Part shown: piece after piece, positions 18,179 to 27,820 of the stretch
Numbering within the stretch: the stretch's first letter is position 1
Layout of the letters: every line of letters starts with the position of its first letter
Source: Eubacteriales bacterium
GTDB lineage: Bacteria > Bacillota > Clostridia > Oscillospirales > CAG-272
Direction: 5' to 3'
DNA length: 64,000 nucleotides
Assembly (NCBI GenBank): GCA_045636445.1
Contig: JAZTXO010000152.1
Span: forward strand, 40,370 to 104,369
Position numbers and translations under genes: made by a program
The notes under the pieces: model-generated
The model's database searches: none
What the model was told of the DNA's origin: nothing
Seen by the model: only the letters and a program-made list of their open reading frames with translations

Positions 18179-21100
18179 ATGGCAAAGAGAACAGACATTA
18201 AAAGAGTCATGATAATCGGCTCAGGTCCTATCGTTATCGGTCAGGCGGCAGAGTTCGATTACGCAGGTACACAGGCCTGCCTTGCACTGAAGGAAGAGGG
18301 CTACGAGGTAATTCTCGTTAACTCTAACCCGGCAACCATTATGACCGACACCACTATTGCGGACAAGGTGTATATGGAGCCACTTACCCTTGAGTATATC
18401 GCAAAAATTTTGAGATACGAGCGTCCCGACGCGCTTCTTCCCGGCATCGGCGGTCAGACCGGCCTTAACCTTGCTATGCAGCTTGAAAAGAAGGGCGTTC
18501 TTAAGGAGTGCCACACCGAGCTTCTCGGTACTTCAAGCGAAAGTATTGAAAGAGCCGAGGACAGAGAGCTTTTCAAGGAGCTTTGTCAATCTATCGGCGA
18601 GCCGGTTATCCCCTCCGAGATAACCTATAATATGGAAGAAGCAAAGGCTGCGGCTGAAAGAATCGGTTACCCCGTAGTTCTTCGTCCCGCATTTACCCTT
18701 GGAGGTACCGGCGGCGGATTTGCAAACAACGAAGAAGAGCTTTACGAAATAGGTCTTAACGCATTCAAGCTCTCTCCCGTTCACCAGGTACTTATTGAGA
18801 AGAGCGTTAAGGGATATAAAGAGATTGAGTTCGAGGTTATGCGTGACTCTAACGACCACGCAATCACCATCTGCGGTATGGAAAACATCGACCCCGTTGG
18901 TGTTCACACCGGTGACTCTCTCGTTGTTGCTCCCATTATGACTCTTTCCGAAGAAGACAAAAAGATGCTCAACGATTCTGCTATAAAGATTATCCGTGAG
19001 CTTAAAATAGAGGGCGGATGTAACGTTCAGTTTGCATTAAACCCCCATTCTTCCGAATATTACCTTATCGAGGTTAACCCCAGAGTTTCCCGTTCTTCTG
19101 CTCTTGCTTCCAAGGCATCGGGTTATCCCATTGCAAGAGTTACCGCCAAGATTGCGGTAGGTATGGCTCTTGAGGAAATCAAGATTGCAAACACCAACGC
19201 AGCCTTCGAGCCAAGACTCGACTACGTTATTGCAAAGCTTCCCAGATTCCCCTTCGACAAGTTCACTGCGGCTTCCAACACTCTCGGTACTCAGATGAAG
19301 GCTACCGGTGAGGTTATGGGTATCGGCTCTAACCTTGAGGAATGTCTTCTCAAGGGCGTAAGATCTCTCGAAATCGGTGTAAATCATATCTATCATCACA
19401 AGTTTGATAATATGACCGATGCAGAGCTTCGCGACTACATTGCTGAATTCCGTGACGACAATATCTTCGCTATTGCAGAGCTGATTTACAGAGGCGCGAC
19501 CATCGAAGAGCTCCACAACATAACAAAAATCACTCCCTTCTTCCTTGAGGCTATAAAGAACATCGTTGATATGGAAGCGACTCTTAAGGCTAACAAGATG
19601 GATCTTGAAACCCTTAAAGCGGCAAAGAAGATGGGCTTCTCTGACAAATACGTTGCAAGAATGTGGGAATGCTCGGAGATTGAAATATTCAAGTTCAGAA
19701 AGGCAAACAACCTCTTCCCCGTATTCAGAATGGTTGACACCTGCCACACCGGAGCATACATTCCTTACTTCTACTCTTCCTACACCGGTGAGAACACCTC
19801 TATCCTTACCGACAAAAAGAAGATTGTCGTTCTCGGTGCAGGTCCTATCCGTATCGGCCAGGGCGTTGAGTTCGACTACTCTACCGTTCACGCTGTAACA
19901 ACCATCAAAAACTCCGGTTACGAGGCTATAATCATAAACAACAACCCCGAAACCGTTTCTACCGACTACACTACTGCGGACAAGCTTTACTTCGAGCCTC
20001 TTACTCCCGAAGACGTTATGAACATCATTGAGTTTGAAAAGCCCGAGGGCGTTATCGCATCTCTTGGCGGACAGACTGCAATCAACCTTGCCCAGCCTCT
20101 TCACGATCTCGGCGTAAAGATTATCGGTACTGACTGCGCGGCTATCGACAGAGCAGAAAACAGAGACGCATTCGAGAAGCTCCTTAAGGATCTTAACATA
20201 CCCCAGCCTGCCGGCCGCGCGGTTACAAAGATCGAAGACGGTGTTGCAGCTGCAAAGGCTGTAGGCTATCCCGTTCTCGTTCGTCCTTCCTTCGTTCTTG
20301 GCGGACGCGCTATGCAGATCGTTGCTAACGAAAAGCAGCTTCGCCACTACCTTAAGACCGCCGTTGAGATCGACGAGGACAAGCCTGTTCTTGTTGACAA
20401 GTACATCAGCGGTAAGGAGGTTGAGGTTGACGCTATCTGCGACGGACACGACGTATTCGTTCCCGGTATTATGGAGCTTGTAGAGCGTACCGGTATTCAC
20501 TCCGGCGACTCTATCTCGGTTTACCCCACCTTCTCTATTTCCGACAAGGTTAAGGGCACTATTCTCCAGTATGCCAAGAAGCTCGGTCTCGGCTGCGGCA
20601 TCGTAGGTCTTTACAACATTCAGTTTATCGTTGTCAAGAACGACGAGGTATTTATTATCGAGGTTAACCCCCGTTCTTCAAGAACCGTTCCCTTCCTTTC
20701 AAAGTCCACCGGCTACTCTCTTGCAGACATAGCTACCGAGTGTATTCTCGGCAAGTCGCTCAAAGAGCAGGGCATCTTCTGCCTCTACCCCGAGGAGAAG
20801 AAGAGATGGTACGTTAAAGTTCCCGTATTCTCCTTCAACAAGCTTCGCGGACTTGACGCATATCTCTCTCCCGAAATGAAGTCCACCGGTGAGGCTATCG
20901 GATATGACGACGACCTTTACAGAGCATTCTACAAGGCTCTTCAGGCATCGGGTATGCACCTTCAGAACTACGGTACGGTATTTGCTACTATTGCCGACTG
21001 TGACAAGGAAGAAGCTCTTCCTCTTATTCGTCGCTTCTACAACCTCGGCTTTAACATTGAGGCTACCGAGGGAACTGCAAAGTTCCTTAAGGAAAATGGC

Positions 21101-21352
21101 ATAAGAACTCACATTCTTAAGAAGCTCTCCGAAAATTCAGAGGAAATTGCCGACTCTATCCGCCAGGGCCATATCGCTTACGTTATCAACACCTCCGATC
21201 CTTCCTCTTCGGGTGTTATCCGCGACGGCTTTGAGATAAGAAAGTACGCTACCGAGAACAACGTTACAATGTTCACCTCTCTTGACACAGTAAGAGTTCT
21301 TCTCGACGTGCTTGAGGATATTACAATCACCATTTCCACCATCGACAGCTGA
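18179..21352 (+). CDS. carB: Carbamoyl-phosphate synthase large subunit
   Basis: 1057 aa. Duplicated ATP-grasp halves (IIGSGPIVIGQAAEFDYAG... and VLGAGPIRIGQGVEFDY...) and a C-terminal MGS-like allosteric domain. Confidence 0.95.
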   Translation: MAKRTDIKRVMIIGSGPIVIGQAAEFDYAGTQACLALKEEGYEVILVNSNPATIMTDTTIADKVYMEPLTLEYIAKILRYERPDALLPGIGGQTGLNLAMQLEKKGVLKECHTELLGTSSESIERAEDRELFKELCQSIGEPVIPSEITYNMEEAKAAAERIGYPVVLRPAFTLGGTGGGFANNEEELYEIGLNAFKLSPVHQVLIEKSVKGYKEIEFEVMRDSNDHAITICGMENIDPVGVHTGDSLVVAPIMTLSEEDKKMLNDSAIKIIRELKIEGGCNVQFALNPHSSEYYLIEVNPRVSRSSALASKASGYPIARVTAKIAVGMALEEIKIANTNAAFEPRLDYVIAKLPRFPFDKFTAASNTLGTQMKATGEVMGIGSNLEECLLKGVRSLEIGVNHIYHHKFDNMTDAELRDYIAEFRDDNIFAIAELIYRGATIEELHNITKITPFFLEAIKNIVDMEATLKANKMDLETLKAAKKMGFSDKYVARMWECSEIEIFKFRKANNLFPVFRMVDTCHTGAYIPYFYSSYTGENTSILTDKKKIVVLGAGPIRIGQGVEFDYSTVHAVTTIKNSGYEAIIINNNPETVSTDYTTADKLYFEPLTPEDVMNIIEFEKPEGVIASLGGQTAINLAQPLHDLGVKIIGTDCAAIDRAENRDAFEKLLKDLNIPQPAGRAVTKIEDGVAAAKAVGYPVLVRPSFVLGGRAMQIVANEKQLRHYLKTAVEIDEDKPVLVDKYISGKEVEVDAICDGHDVFVPGIMELVERTGIHSGDSISVYPTFSISDKVKGTILQYAKKLGLGCGIVGLYNIQFIVVKNDEVFIIEVNPRSSRTVPFLSKSTGYSLADIATECILGKSLKEQGIFCLYPEEKKRWYVKVPVFSFNKLRGLDAYLSPEMKSTGEAIGYDDDLYRAFYKALQASGMHLQNYGTVFATIADCDKEEALPLIRRFYNLGFNIEATEGTAKFLKENGIRTHILKKLSENSEEIADSIRQGHIAYVINTSDPSSSGVIRDGFEIRKYATENNVTMFTSLDTVRVLLDVLEDITITISTIDS

Positions 21353-21366
21353 AAGGAAAAATCGAC

Positions 21367-22101
21367 TTGAAAGACGTAAATCTTAAAGTAATTTCCAATA
21401 AAAAAATAGCTAAAAACACCTACGAATCGGTTCTTGAGGGCGACGTCTCCGACATCACCGCCCCCGGCCAGTTCGTGAACATAAAGCTGGAAGGAAAATT
21501 CCTTCGCCGTCCCATCTCGGTTTGCGAGGTGGACGGTGACAGGCTCACCATAGTTTATAAGGTAGTAGGACAAGGCACAGAGCAAATGGCAGAATCGCCA
21601 CTCGGCACAGTCTGGCCGACTCTCACCGGACTCGGCAACGGCTACGACCTTGAAAAATCGGGCGACAAGCCTCTGCTTATCGGCGGAGGAGCAGGCGTTC
21701 CCCCTATGTTCGAGCTTTGCAAAAAACTTGCAAACGCAGGTAAGAAGCCTACCGTAATTCTCGGCTTCGGCTCTGTCGACGAGGTGTTCTACAAGGAACG
21801 CTTCGAGGCTCTTGGCGCAAAGGTTATCGTTTGCACCGTTGACGGCAGCGAGGGTGTCAAAGGCTTCGTTACCGACGGAATGGCAGGTCTTGATTATACC
21901 TACTTCTACACCTGCGGGCCTGAACCTATGCTTAAGGCAGTATATAAAGCGTCAGTTACATCCGGTCAGTTCTCCTTTGAGGAAAGAATGGGCTGCGGCT
22001 TTGGCGCTTGTATGGGCTGCTCCTGCAAAACTGTTACCGGTTACAAGAGAATCTGCAAGGACGGTCCTGTTCTTGAGAAGGAGGAAATTCTTTGGAATTG
22101 A
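21367..22101 (+). CDS. pyrK: Dihydroorotate dehydrogenase (type 1B) electron-transfer subunit
   Basis: 244 aa. FAD/NAD-binding ferredoxin-reductase fold (RRPIS motif) and a C-terminal 2Fe-2S Cys cluster CGFGACMGCSC. TTG start. Confidence 0.9.
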   Translation: MKDVNLKVISNKKIAKNTYESVLEGDVSDITAPGQFVNIKLEGKFLRRPISVCEVDGDRLTIVYKVVGQGTEQMAESPLGTVWPTLTGLGNGYDLEKSGDKPLLIGGGAGVPPMFELCKKLANAGKKPTVILGFGSVDEVFYKERFEALGAKVIVCTVDGSEGVKGFVTDGMAGLDYTYFYTCGPEPMLKAVYKASVTSGQFSFEERMGCGFGACMGCSCKTVTGYKRICKDGPVLEKEEILWN

Positions 22102-22130
22102 CAATTAACAATTGCAAAGAAAAAACCTTT

Positions 22131-23042
22131 ATGAAAAACACTAAAGTTAATTTATGCGGAATCGAGATGTCAAACCCTCTCATTCCCGCCAGCGGAACAT
22201 TTGGCTACGGCTACGAGTTCGCTGAAATTTACGACATTAACCTTCTCGGCTCTTTCTCCTTCAAAGGCACAACAAAGGACAAAAGATTCGGAAATCCCAC
22301 CCCTCGTATCGCTGAATGCGAAAGAGGTATGATAAACTCTGTCGGACTTCAGAATCCGGGTGTTGAGGACGTTATAAAATACGAGCTGCCAAAAATGAAA
22401 GCCTGCTTTAACAAGCCGGTTATGGCAAACGTTTCCGGCTTTTCGGTTGACGAATACGTTTACACCGTTGAAAAGCTTGATGCAGAAAGCCAGATCGGTT
22501 GGTTTGAGGTCAACGTTTCCTGCCCCAACGTTCACGGCGGCGGAATGAGCTTCGGTACTTCTCCCGAAGCTGCGGCAGAGGTTACAGCGGCAGTTAAAAA
22601 GGTGACGAATAAGCCTGTAATCGTTAAGCTTTCTCCCAACGTTACCGACATTGTTTCTATCGCAAAGGCTTGTGAGGGAGCAGGAGCTGACGGTATCAGC
22701 CTCATAAACACTCTTCTCGGCATGAGAATAGATCTTAAAACCAAAAAGCCTGTGGTTGCGAACAAAATGGGCGGTTTTTCCGGCCCGGCAATCAAGCCCG
22801 TGGCTTTAAGAATGGTTTACCAGGTTTATGATGCGGTTAAAATTCCCATTGTCGGCGGAGGCGGTGTTGAGACTGCCGAGGACGTAATTGAAATGATGCT
22901 TGCAGGCGCTACGGCAGTAGAAGTTGGCGCTGCAAACCTCGTTGACCCTTACGCCTGCAAAAAAATAATCGAGGATCTTCCTCGTGTTATGGAAAAATAC
23001 AGAATTGAAAATCTTACAGACATTATAGGAGGTGCCCACTAA
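22131..23042 (+). CDS. pyrD: Dihydroorotate dehydrogenase (type 1B) catalytic subunit
   Basis: [27 protein letters not shown]... and the ...[11 protein letters not shown]... active-site Cys loop. ATG at 22131 preferred. Confidence 0.92.
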   Translation: MKNTKVNLCGIEMSNPLIPASGTFGYGYEFAEIYDINLLGSFSFKGTTKDKRFGNPTPRIAECERGMINSVGLQNPGVEDVIKYELPKMKACFNKPVMANVSGFSVDEYVYTVEKLDAESQIGWFEVNVSCPNVHGGGMSFGTSPEAAAEVTAAVKKVTNKPVIVKLSPNVTDIVSIAKACEGAGADGISLINTLLGMRIDLKTKKPVVANKMGGFSGPAIKPVALRMVYQVYDAVKIPIVGGGGVETAEDVIEMMLAGATAVEVGAANLVDPYACKKIIEDLPRVMEKYRIENLTDIIGGAH

Positions 23043-23740
23043 TGGGAAAAGACGTAATTATTGCATGTGACTTTGACAGCGCTGAAAAAACCTTTGCCTT
23101 TCTTGATAAATTTACCGGAAGAAAGCCTTTCGTTAAAATAGGAATGGAGCTCTACTATGCAGAGGGCCCCTCTATCGTAAAGGAAATAAAGAAGAGAGGT
23201 CACAAGATCTTCCTCGACCTTAAGCTTCACGATATTCCCAATACCGTAAAGAAGTCTATGGCGGTTCTTTCCCGCCTTGACGTGGATATGACCAACCTTC
23301 ACGCAGCAGGAACAAAGCGTATGATGGCAGCTGCAATCGAGGGACTTACCCGTGAGGACGGAAGCCGTCCTATGCTTATTGCCGTAACTCAGCTTACCTC
23401 TACCGATGAAGAGACCATGAAGGCTGACCTTCTCATAAACGAGCCTATCGACAAGGTCGTTATGCACTACGCTCACAACGCTATGGAAGCAGGTCTTGAC
23501 GGTGTTGTTTGCTCTCCCCTTGAGGCAGGCAAGGTACACGACACCTGCGGCAAGAATTTCGTTACCGTTACCCCCGGCGTAAGATTTGCTGACGGTGACG
23601 TTGGCGACCAGAAGAGAGTTATGACTCCCGCTGAAGCGAAGAAAATAGGCTCTGACTACATCGTTGTAGGACGTCCTATCACCGCAGCAGAAGATCCCGT
23701 TGCAGCATACGAAAGATGCGTTGCTGAATTTTGCGATTAA
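23042..23740 (+). CDS. pyrF: Orotidine 5'-phosphate decarboxylase
   Basis: 232 aa. Motifs IIACDFD... and [12 protein letters not shown]. Start overlaps the pyrD stop. Confidence 0.92.
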   Translation: MGKDVIIACDFDSAEKTFAFLDKFTGRKPFVKIGMELYYAEGPSIVKEIKKRGHKIFLDLKLHDIPNTVKKSMAVLSRLDVDMTNLHAAGTKRMMAAAIEGLTREDGSRPMLIAVTQLTSTDEETMKADLLINEPIDKVVMHYAHNAMEAGLDGVVCSPLEAGKVHDTCGKNFVTVTPGVRFADGDVGDQKRVMTPAEAKKIGSDYIVVGRPITAAEDPVAAYERCVAEFCD

Positions 23741-23819
23741 GATAGAAAAAGGGACGCTTTTTGAAAAAAAGCTCGGCAAAAACTTTAATAGAAAAAATCA
23801 TTAAGAATTTTTGGAAGGT

Positions 23820-23851
23820 GCGAAAAACCTTTTTCTAAAAAGGTTTTTCGC
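23820..23851 (+). promoter_or_regulatory. Perfect 15-bp A/U-rich palindrome between pyrF and pyrE (candidate attenuator or processing hairpin)
   Basis: GCGAAAAACCTTTTT-CT-AAAAAGGTTTTTCGC. The inner CCTTTTT/AAAAAGG hairpin is directly followed by TTTTT. Lies 18 nt upstream of the pyrE ATG. Confidence 0.4.
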
Positions 23852-23868
23852 ATATAGGTAAACTAACT

Positions 23869-24519
23869 ATGGAAAGCTACAAGAGAGAATTTATACAGTT
23901 CCTTGAGAACGCAGGCGTTCTTAAGTTTGGTGATTTCACCGCAAAGTCGGGAAGAAAGATTCCCTATTTCATCAATGCAGGAATGATCAAGACCGGCGCT
24001 GATATTGCAACCCTTGGCGAATTCTACGCAAAGGCATATTTCGACAAGCTCGGCAAAAAGCCCGCAGTGCTTTACGGCCCTGCATACAAGGGAATTTCCC
24101 TTTCGGTTTCCGCAGCGGTTGCTCTTTCAAAGAACGGACTTAACGTTCCCTTCTTCTTCAACAGAAAAGAGGTTAAGGACCACGGCGAAGGCGGCGTATT
24201 CGTAGGCTACGTACCGAAGGAGGGCGAGGAGATAGTTATTATCGAGGACGTTATCACCGCAGGTACTGCTATCAGAGAGTCTATGGACATACTCTCTCAC
24301 CTTGAGGGAACAAAGGTTGCCGCTACCTTCATTATGGTAAACCGTAAGGAAAAGGGCCAGTGCGACAAGGGCGCTATGGACGAGATCGAAGAGCAGTTTG
24401 GCTTCCCCGTATATTCTATCGTTGACGTTTACGATATTATCGAATATCTTGAAGAGAAACCCGAAAACAAGGAAAACGTTGAGCGCATCAAGAAATATCT
24501 TGAGGTTTACGGCGCATAA
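23869..24519 (+). CDS. pyrE: Orotate phosphoribosyltransferase
   Basis: 216 aa. PRPP-binding loop VIIEDVITAGTA. Confidence 0.92.
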   Translation: MESYKREFIQFLENAGVLKFGDFTAKSGRKIPYFINAGMIKTGADIATLGEFYAKAYFDKLGKKPAVLYGPAYKGISLSVSAAVALSKNGLNVPFFFNRKEVKDHGEGGVFVGYVPKEGEEIVIIEDVITAGTAIRESMDILSHLEGTKVAATFIMVNRKEKGQCDKGAMDEIEEQFGFPVYSIVDVYDIIEYLEEKPENKENVERIKKYLEVYGA

Positions 24520-24569
24520 TATGCGTTTTTGCACACAATTATTTACAAAAAACGGAGTAAAATGCAGTT

Positions 24570-25631
24570 ATGAGAAATCTTGTAAACATACTTGACCTCA
24601 CAACGGAGGAAATAGACGAGCTTGTTAAGGTTGCGTCGGACATTCAGGACAACCCCGAGCTTTACATCAACTCCTGCCGCGGTAAAATTCTCGGAACGCT
24701 CTTTTTTGAGCCTTCCACAAGAACTAGACTTTCCTTTACGTCGGCTATGATGAGCCTTGGCGGAAACGTGCTCGGCTTCTCCCAGGCGGGAAGCTCTTCA
24801 ACAGCCAAGGGTGAAACGGTTGCCGATACTATAAGAATGGTAAGCGCATACTCCGACATTATAGTAATGCGTCATCCTAAAGAGGGCGCGCCTATCGTTG
24901 CATCCGAGGTGTCCGACGTGCCGGTCATCAACGCAGGTGACGGCGGTCATTTCCACCCCACCCAGACTCTTACCGACCTTCTTACCATAAAGAAGAAAAA
25001 GGGACGCTTTAACGACCTTACCGTAGGCGTTTGCGGTGACCTTAAGTACGGAAGAACGGTACATTCTCTGATTTCGGCAATGTCTCGCTATTCGGGTGTA
25101 AGATTCGTTCTTATTTCTCCCGAAGAGCTTAAGCTTCCCGACTACGTAAAGGACGAGTATCTTTACGGCGCAGGATGCGAATTTGTTGAGACCGAAAATC
25201 TTGAGGGAGCAATCCCTGCTCTTGATATTCTCTATATGACGAGAATCCAGGCAGAAAGATTCGATTCCAAGGAGGAGTACGAGAGACTTAAGGACTCTTA
25301 TATTCTTACAAGAGATAAGCTCTTCCAGGCAAAAGAGGATCTGTCCATACTTCATCCCCTTCCCCGAGTTAACGAGATCGACGTTGACGTTGACGACGAC
25401 CCCAGAGCCGATTATTTCGACCAGGCTATGTACGGAAGATATATAAGAATGGCGCTTATTCTTATGCTTCTTAAAACCAAGGGTGTTGAAGACAAGAGAC
25501 TTCACGGTGAGAAAAACCTTAATCTCATCTGTAAAAATCCCCACTGTATTTCGAGAACCGAGCGCGGTATAAAGCATCTGTTCGACGATGGAAGATGTAT
25601 TTACTGCGACCAGATGGCAGCGAAAATCTAA
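24570..25631 (+). CDS. pyrB: Aspartate carbamoyltransferase catalytic chain fused to a PyrI-type zinc domain
   Basis: 353 aa. Carbamoyl-phosphate motif STRTRLSF and the HPLPR motif. A normal PyrB would end near ...[13 protein letters not shown] (about aa 303). The extra ~50 aa ...[35 protein letters not shown] carries the 4-Cys pattern of the PyrI Zn domain. Confidence 0.9.
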   Translation: MRNLVNILDLTTEEIDELVKVASDIQDNPELYINSCRGKILGTLFFEPSTRTRLSFTSAMMSLGGNVLGFSQAGSSSTAKGETVADTIRMVSAYSDIIVMRHPKEGAPIVASEVSDVPVINAGDGGHFHPTQTLTDLLTIKKKKGRFNDLTVGVCGDLKYGRTVHSLISAMSRYSGVRFVLISPEELKLPDYVKDEYLYGAGCEFVETENLEGAIPALDILYMTRIQAERFDSKEEYERLKDSYILTRDKLFQAKEDLSILHPLPRVNEIDVDVDDDPRADYFDQAMYGRYIRMALILMLLKTKGVEDKRLHGEKNLNLICKNPHCISRTERGIKHLFDDGRCIYCDQMAAKI

Positions 25632-25644
25632 TATTTACAAAAAG

Positions 25645-25669
25645 GCGGCAGTTTTTTGCCGCTTTTTTT
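25645..25669 (+). terminator. Intrinsic terminator of the pyr operon
   Basis: GCGGCA/TGCCGC stem followed by T7. Confidence 0.7.
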
Positions 25670-25682
25670 ATATTAAACAAGC

Positions 25683-25759
25683 TAAAATCTATTACTTTTT
25701 ATATCAAAACAAAATCTATTTTCTTTTCATATTAAAATATGTAAAATCTATTGCTTTTT
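25683..25759 (+). repeat. Three direct copies of AAAATCTATTnnCTTTT upstream of the heparinase-like gene
   Basis: Copies at 25684-25700, 25711-25727 and 25743-25759 (spacing 27 and 32 nt). The third copy overlaps the putative -35 (TTGCTT 25751-25756) of a TTGCTT-17-TATAAT promoter whose -10 is at 25774-25779. Confidence 0.55.
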
Positions 25760-25837
25760 TTGCACCTTTCAATTATAATTAGTATAAATAATGCTGCGTT
25801 ATAAGGTCGAACGGTTGCAATTTTTGAGGTGAAAACT

Positions 25838-27538
25838 ATGAAAAACTATTACGGAATTGATTTTGAAAAGAAAAGAGCCGAGCTTCTTGAAAGCGAGGCT
25901 GCAAAGCCTATCATTTCGGAGGTAATAGCCAATGCGGATGCGGCTATCAAAAAAAGCTACGATGCTCTGAAGCTCTCCGATTATATGATCTTTGCCAAAA
26001 CGGGAGACAGAAAGGCATACGAAATTAAATATTTCGAGCGCAAGAATGACCTTGCTTATATTGCCGACGCTTATTGGCTCACCGAGGACGAAAAGTACCT
26101 TGAGCCTCTGGAAAACCTGATCTTCCACGTTTGCGATGAGTTTTCCTGGTGCATTCCCGCTCACTCGCTTATCTACGAAGGAATTTCGGCGAAGGGAATT
26201 ATCGGCGAGGTCGACCTTTTCCAGGCGGAAACCGGACGTTTGCTTACCGACGTTTACGCAATGCTCGGCGACAAACTCCACTGTCTCGTAAGACAGAGAA
26301 TCGAATACGAGGTACGCCGCAGAGTAATAAAGCCCTTCAAATACAAGGAATTTCATTGGTCGAAGCCTACCTGTAAGACCAACTGGGCGGCGGTGTGCGC
26401 GGGCGGTGTTTTAGTGCCGCTTCTCGCCTTTGGTACCGATGAGGAAATCAAAGAAATCCTTCCCACACTTTTCACTGCCGTAGATCATTTCCTTGAGGGA
26501 TTTGGCGATGACGGTTGTTGTATGGAGGGCGCTTCGTATTGGAATTACGGCTTTGGGTATTTTGTAATTTTCGCAAGATTTATTCTTGAATATACGGGCG
26601 GCAAGGTCAATTATTTTGAGCGCCAAAAGGTAAAAAATATCGCCACCTCAAACTATAAATCAAGGCTCGGCAAAAAGGGCGTTGTTCCGTTTTCCGATGC
26701 TGTGCCTCGCTTCACCTTCAGCCCCGGTCTTTACAGCTACTTAAAATCCCTCTACCCCGATGAGATAAAGCTTCCGCCTATGGAGCTTAGGAATATCCGC
26801 GGAACTATACACTCGGTAAAGGAGCTTTTGTGGCTTGACACCGAGTATAAAGAGGCCAAAGAGGATCTTGGCAGCGTGTATTTTGAGAATGCCGAATGGC
26901 TGATACGCCGCAACGAGAAATACTCCTTTGCAGCAAAGGCAGGATATAACAACGAGCCTCACAACCATAACGACGTTGGCAGCTTTGCCATAGTGACCGC
27001 TGACGACAAAATGCCTCTTGCCGACCTTGGATGTGCGGTTTACGATGCATTCACCTTTACACCCGAATACCGCTACAAGCGCGTGGAAAACGCTTCCTTC
27101 GGTCATAGTGTGCCTATAATAAACGGAAAATATCAGTTGTTCGGCGCGGAATATGCGGCAAAGAACGCGAAGGCTACCAACACCACCTTCTCCTTTGATA
27201 TGGAGGGAGCTTACGAAGCAGGAATTGTAAAAAGGCTTAACCGCTCCTTTGAGCTATACGAGGACAAAATCATCCTTTGCGACAGTGTGGAATACTCCGA
27301 TCTGACCGAAACCGTTACCGAAAGGCTTGTCAGCGAGATAAAGCCCGAGATAGGCGAGGGATACGTTGACCTCGGAAGCCTTCGAGTTCTCTTCGATAAG
27401 GAAAAATTCTCCGCAAGCTTCACAACCGACAGCTACAGGCATCACCGGACCTGCGAAAACGTTACGGTCTACCTTATCGACGTCACGCCGAAAGAAGAAA
27501 ACACCACCGAATTTAAATTAGAAATAGTAATCAAATAA
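25838..27538 (+). CDS. Heparinase II/III-like (alginate-lyase superfamily) protein, no signal peptide
   Basis: About 566 aa with an N-terminal alpha/alpha toroid-like half. The motif NNEPHNHNDVGSFAI resembles the H-x-H-x-D...F signature of the Hepar_II_III family. ATG at 25838 lies 6 nt after GAGGTG. Confidence 0.55.
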   Translation: MKNYYGIDFEKKRAELLESEAAKPIISEVIANADAAIKKSYDALKLSDYMIFAKTGDRKAYEIKYFERKNDLAYIADAYWLTEDEKYLEPLENLIFHVCDEFSWCIPAHSLIYEGISAKGIIGEVDLFQAETGRLLTDVYAMLGDKLHCLVRQRIEYEVRRRVIKPFKYKEFHWSKPTCKTNWAAVCAGGVLVPLLAFGTDEEIKEILPTLFTAVDHFLEGFGDDGCCMEGASYWNYGFGYFVIFARFILEYTGGKVNYFERQKVKNIATSNYKSRLGKKGVVPFSDAVPRFTFSPGLYSYLKSLYPDEIKLPPMELRNIRGTIHSVKELLWLDTEYKEAKEDLGSVYFENAEWLIRRNEKYSFAAKAGYNNEPHNHNDVGSFAIVTADDKMPLADLGCAVYDAFTFTPEYRYKRVENASFGHSVPIINGKYQLFGAEYAAKNAKATNTTFSFDMEGAYEAGIVKRLNRSFELYEDKIILCDSVEYSDLTETVTERLVSEIKPEIGEGYVDLGSLRVLFDKEKFSASFTTDSYRHHRTCENVTVYLIDVTPKEENTTEFKLEIVIK

Positions 27539-27772
27539 AAGAGGGGCTGTCACATTTGGTGAGACCGAAAAAGTCCGAAATATAAAATAAAAAACCTCAA
27601 ATTCAGCAAAAGCCGAAAAAGAGACAATAAGCGGTTGAAATCCTGAGGATTTCTCCTATTTTTATGGACTTTTTCTATCGCCGTTTTCAAGGCTCGACGT
27701 ATGTATATACGCCTCACGCCTTGAAAAGTGACGCTTCTCCCCTAAATCCGCCTATCCCCTTATCATATTATT

Positions 27773-27811
27773 GGAGCTGCCTCAAATTTTGCATTTGAGA
27801 CAGCTCCTTTT
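27773..27811. terminator. Terminator hairpin between convergent genes
   Basis: GGAGCTGCCTCAAAT / ATTTGAGACAGCTCC (one mismatch) followed by TTTT on the + strand. Sits 10 nt from the stop of the minus-strand gene. Confidence 0.6.
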
Positions 27812-27820
27812 GCGTTAATA

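Noticed and set aside
19037-20500. 487-aa ORF on the minus strand inside carB.
   Set aside because: Antisense shadow of carB, which is unambiguous (duplicated ATP-grasp motifs). No RBS and no recognisable domain, with the same stop-poor mirror-frame effect.
24513-24530. 5-bp hairpin CGCAT-AAT-ATGCG + T5 overlapping the pyrE stop, as a terminator between pyrE and pyrB.
   Set aside because: The stem is too short and weak to call, and pyrB follows 40 nt later with no separate promoter evident. Read-through is likely.
25683-25759. Could the AAAATCTATT repeats be a degenerate CRISPR array?
   Set aside because: The repeat unit is only 10-17 nt, there are only three copies, spacing is irregular at 27/32 nt, and no cas genes are present. 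A regulatory direct-repeat array is the better reading.
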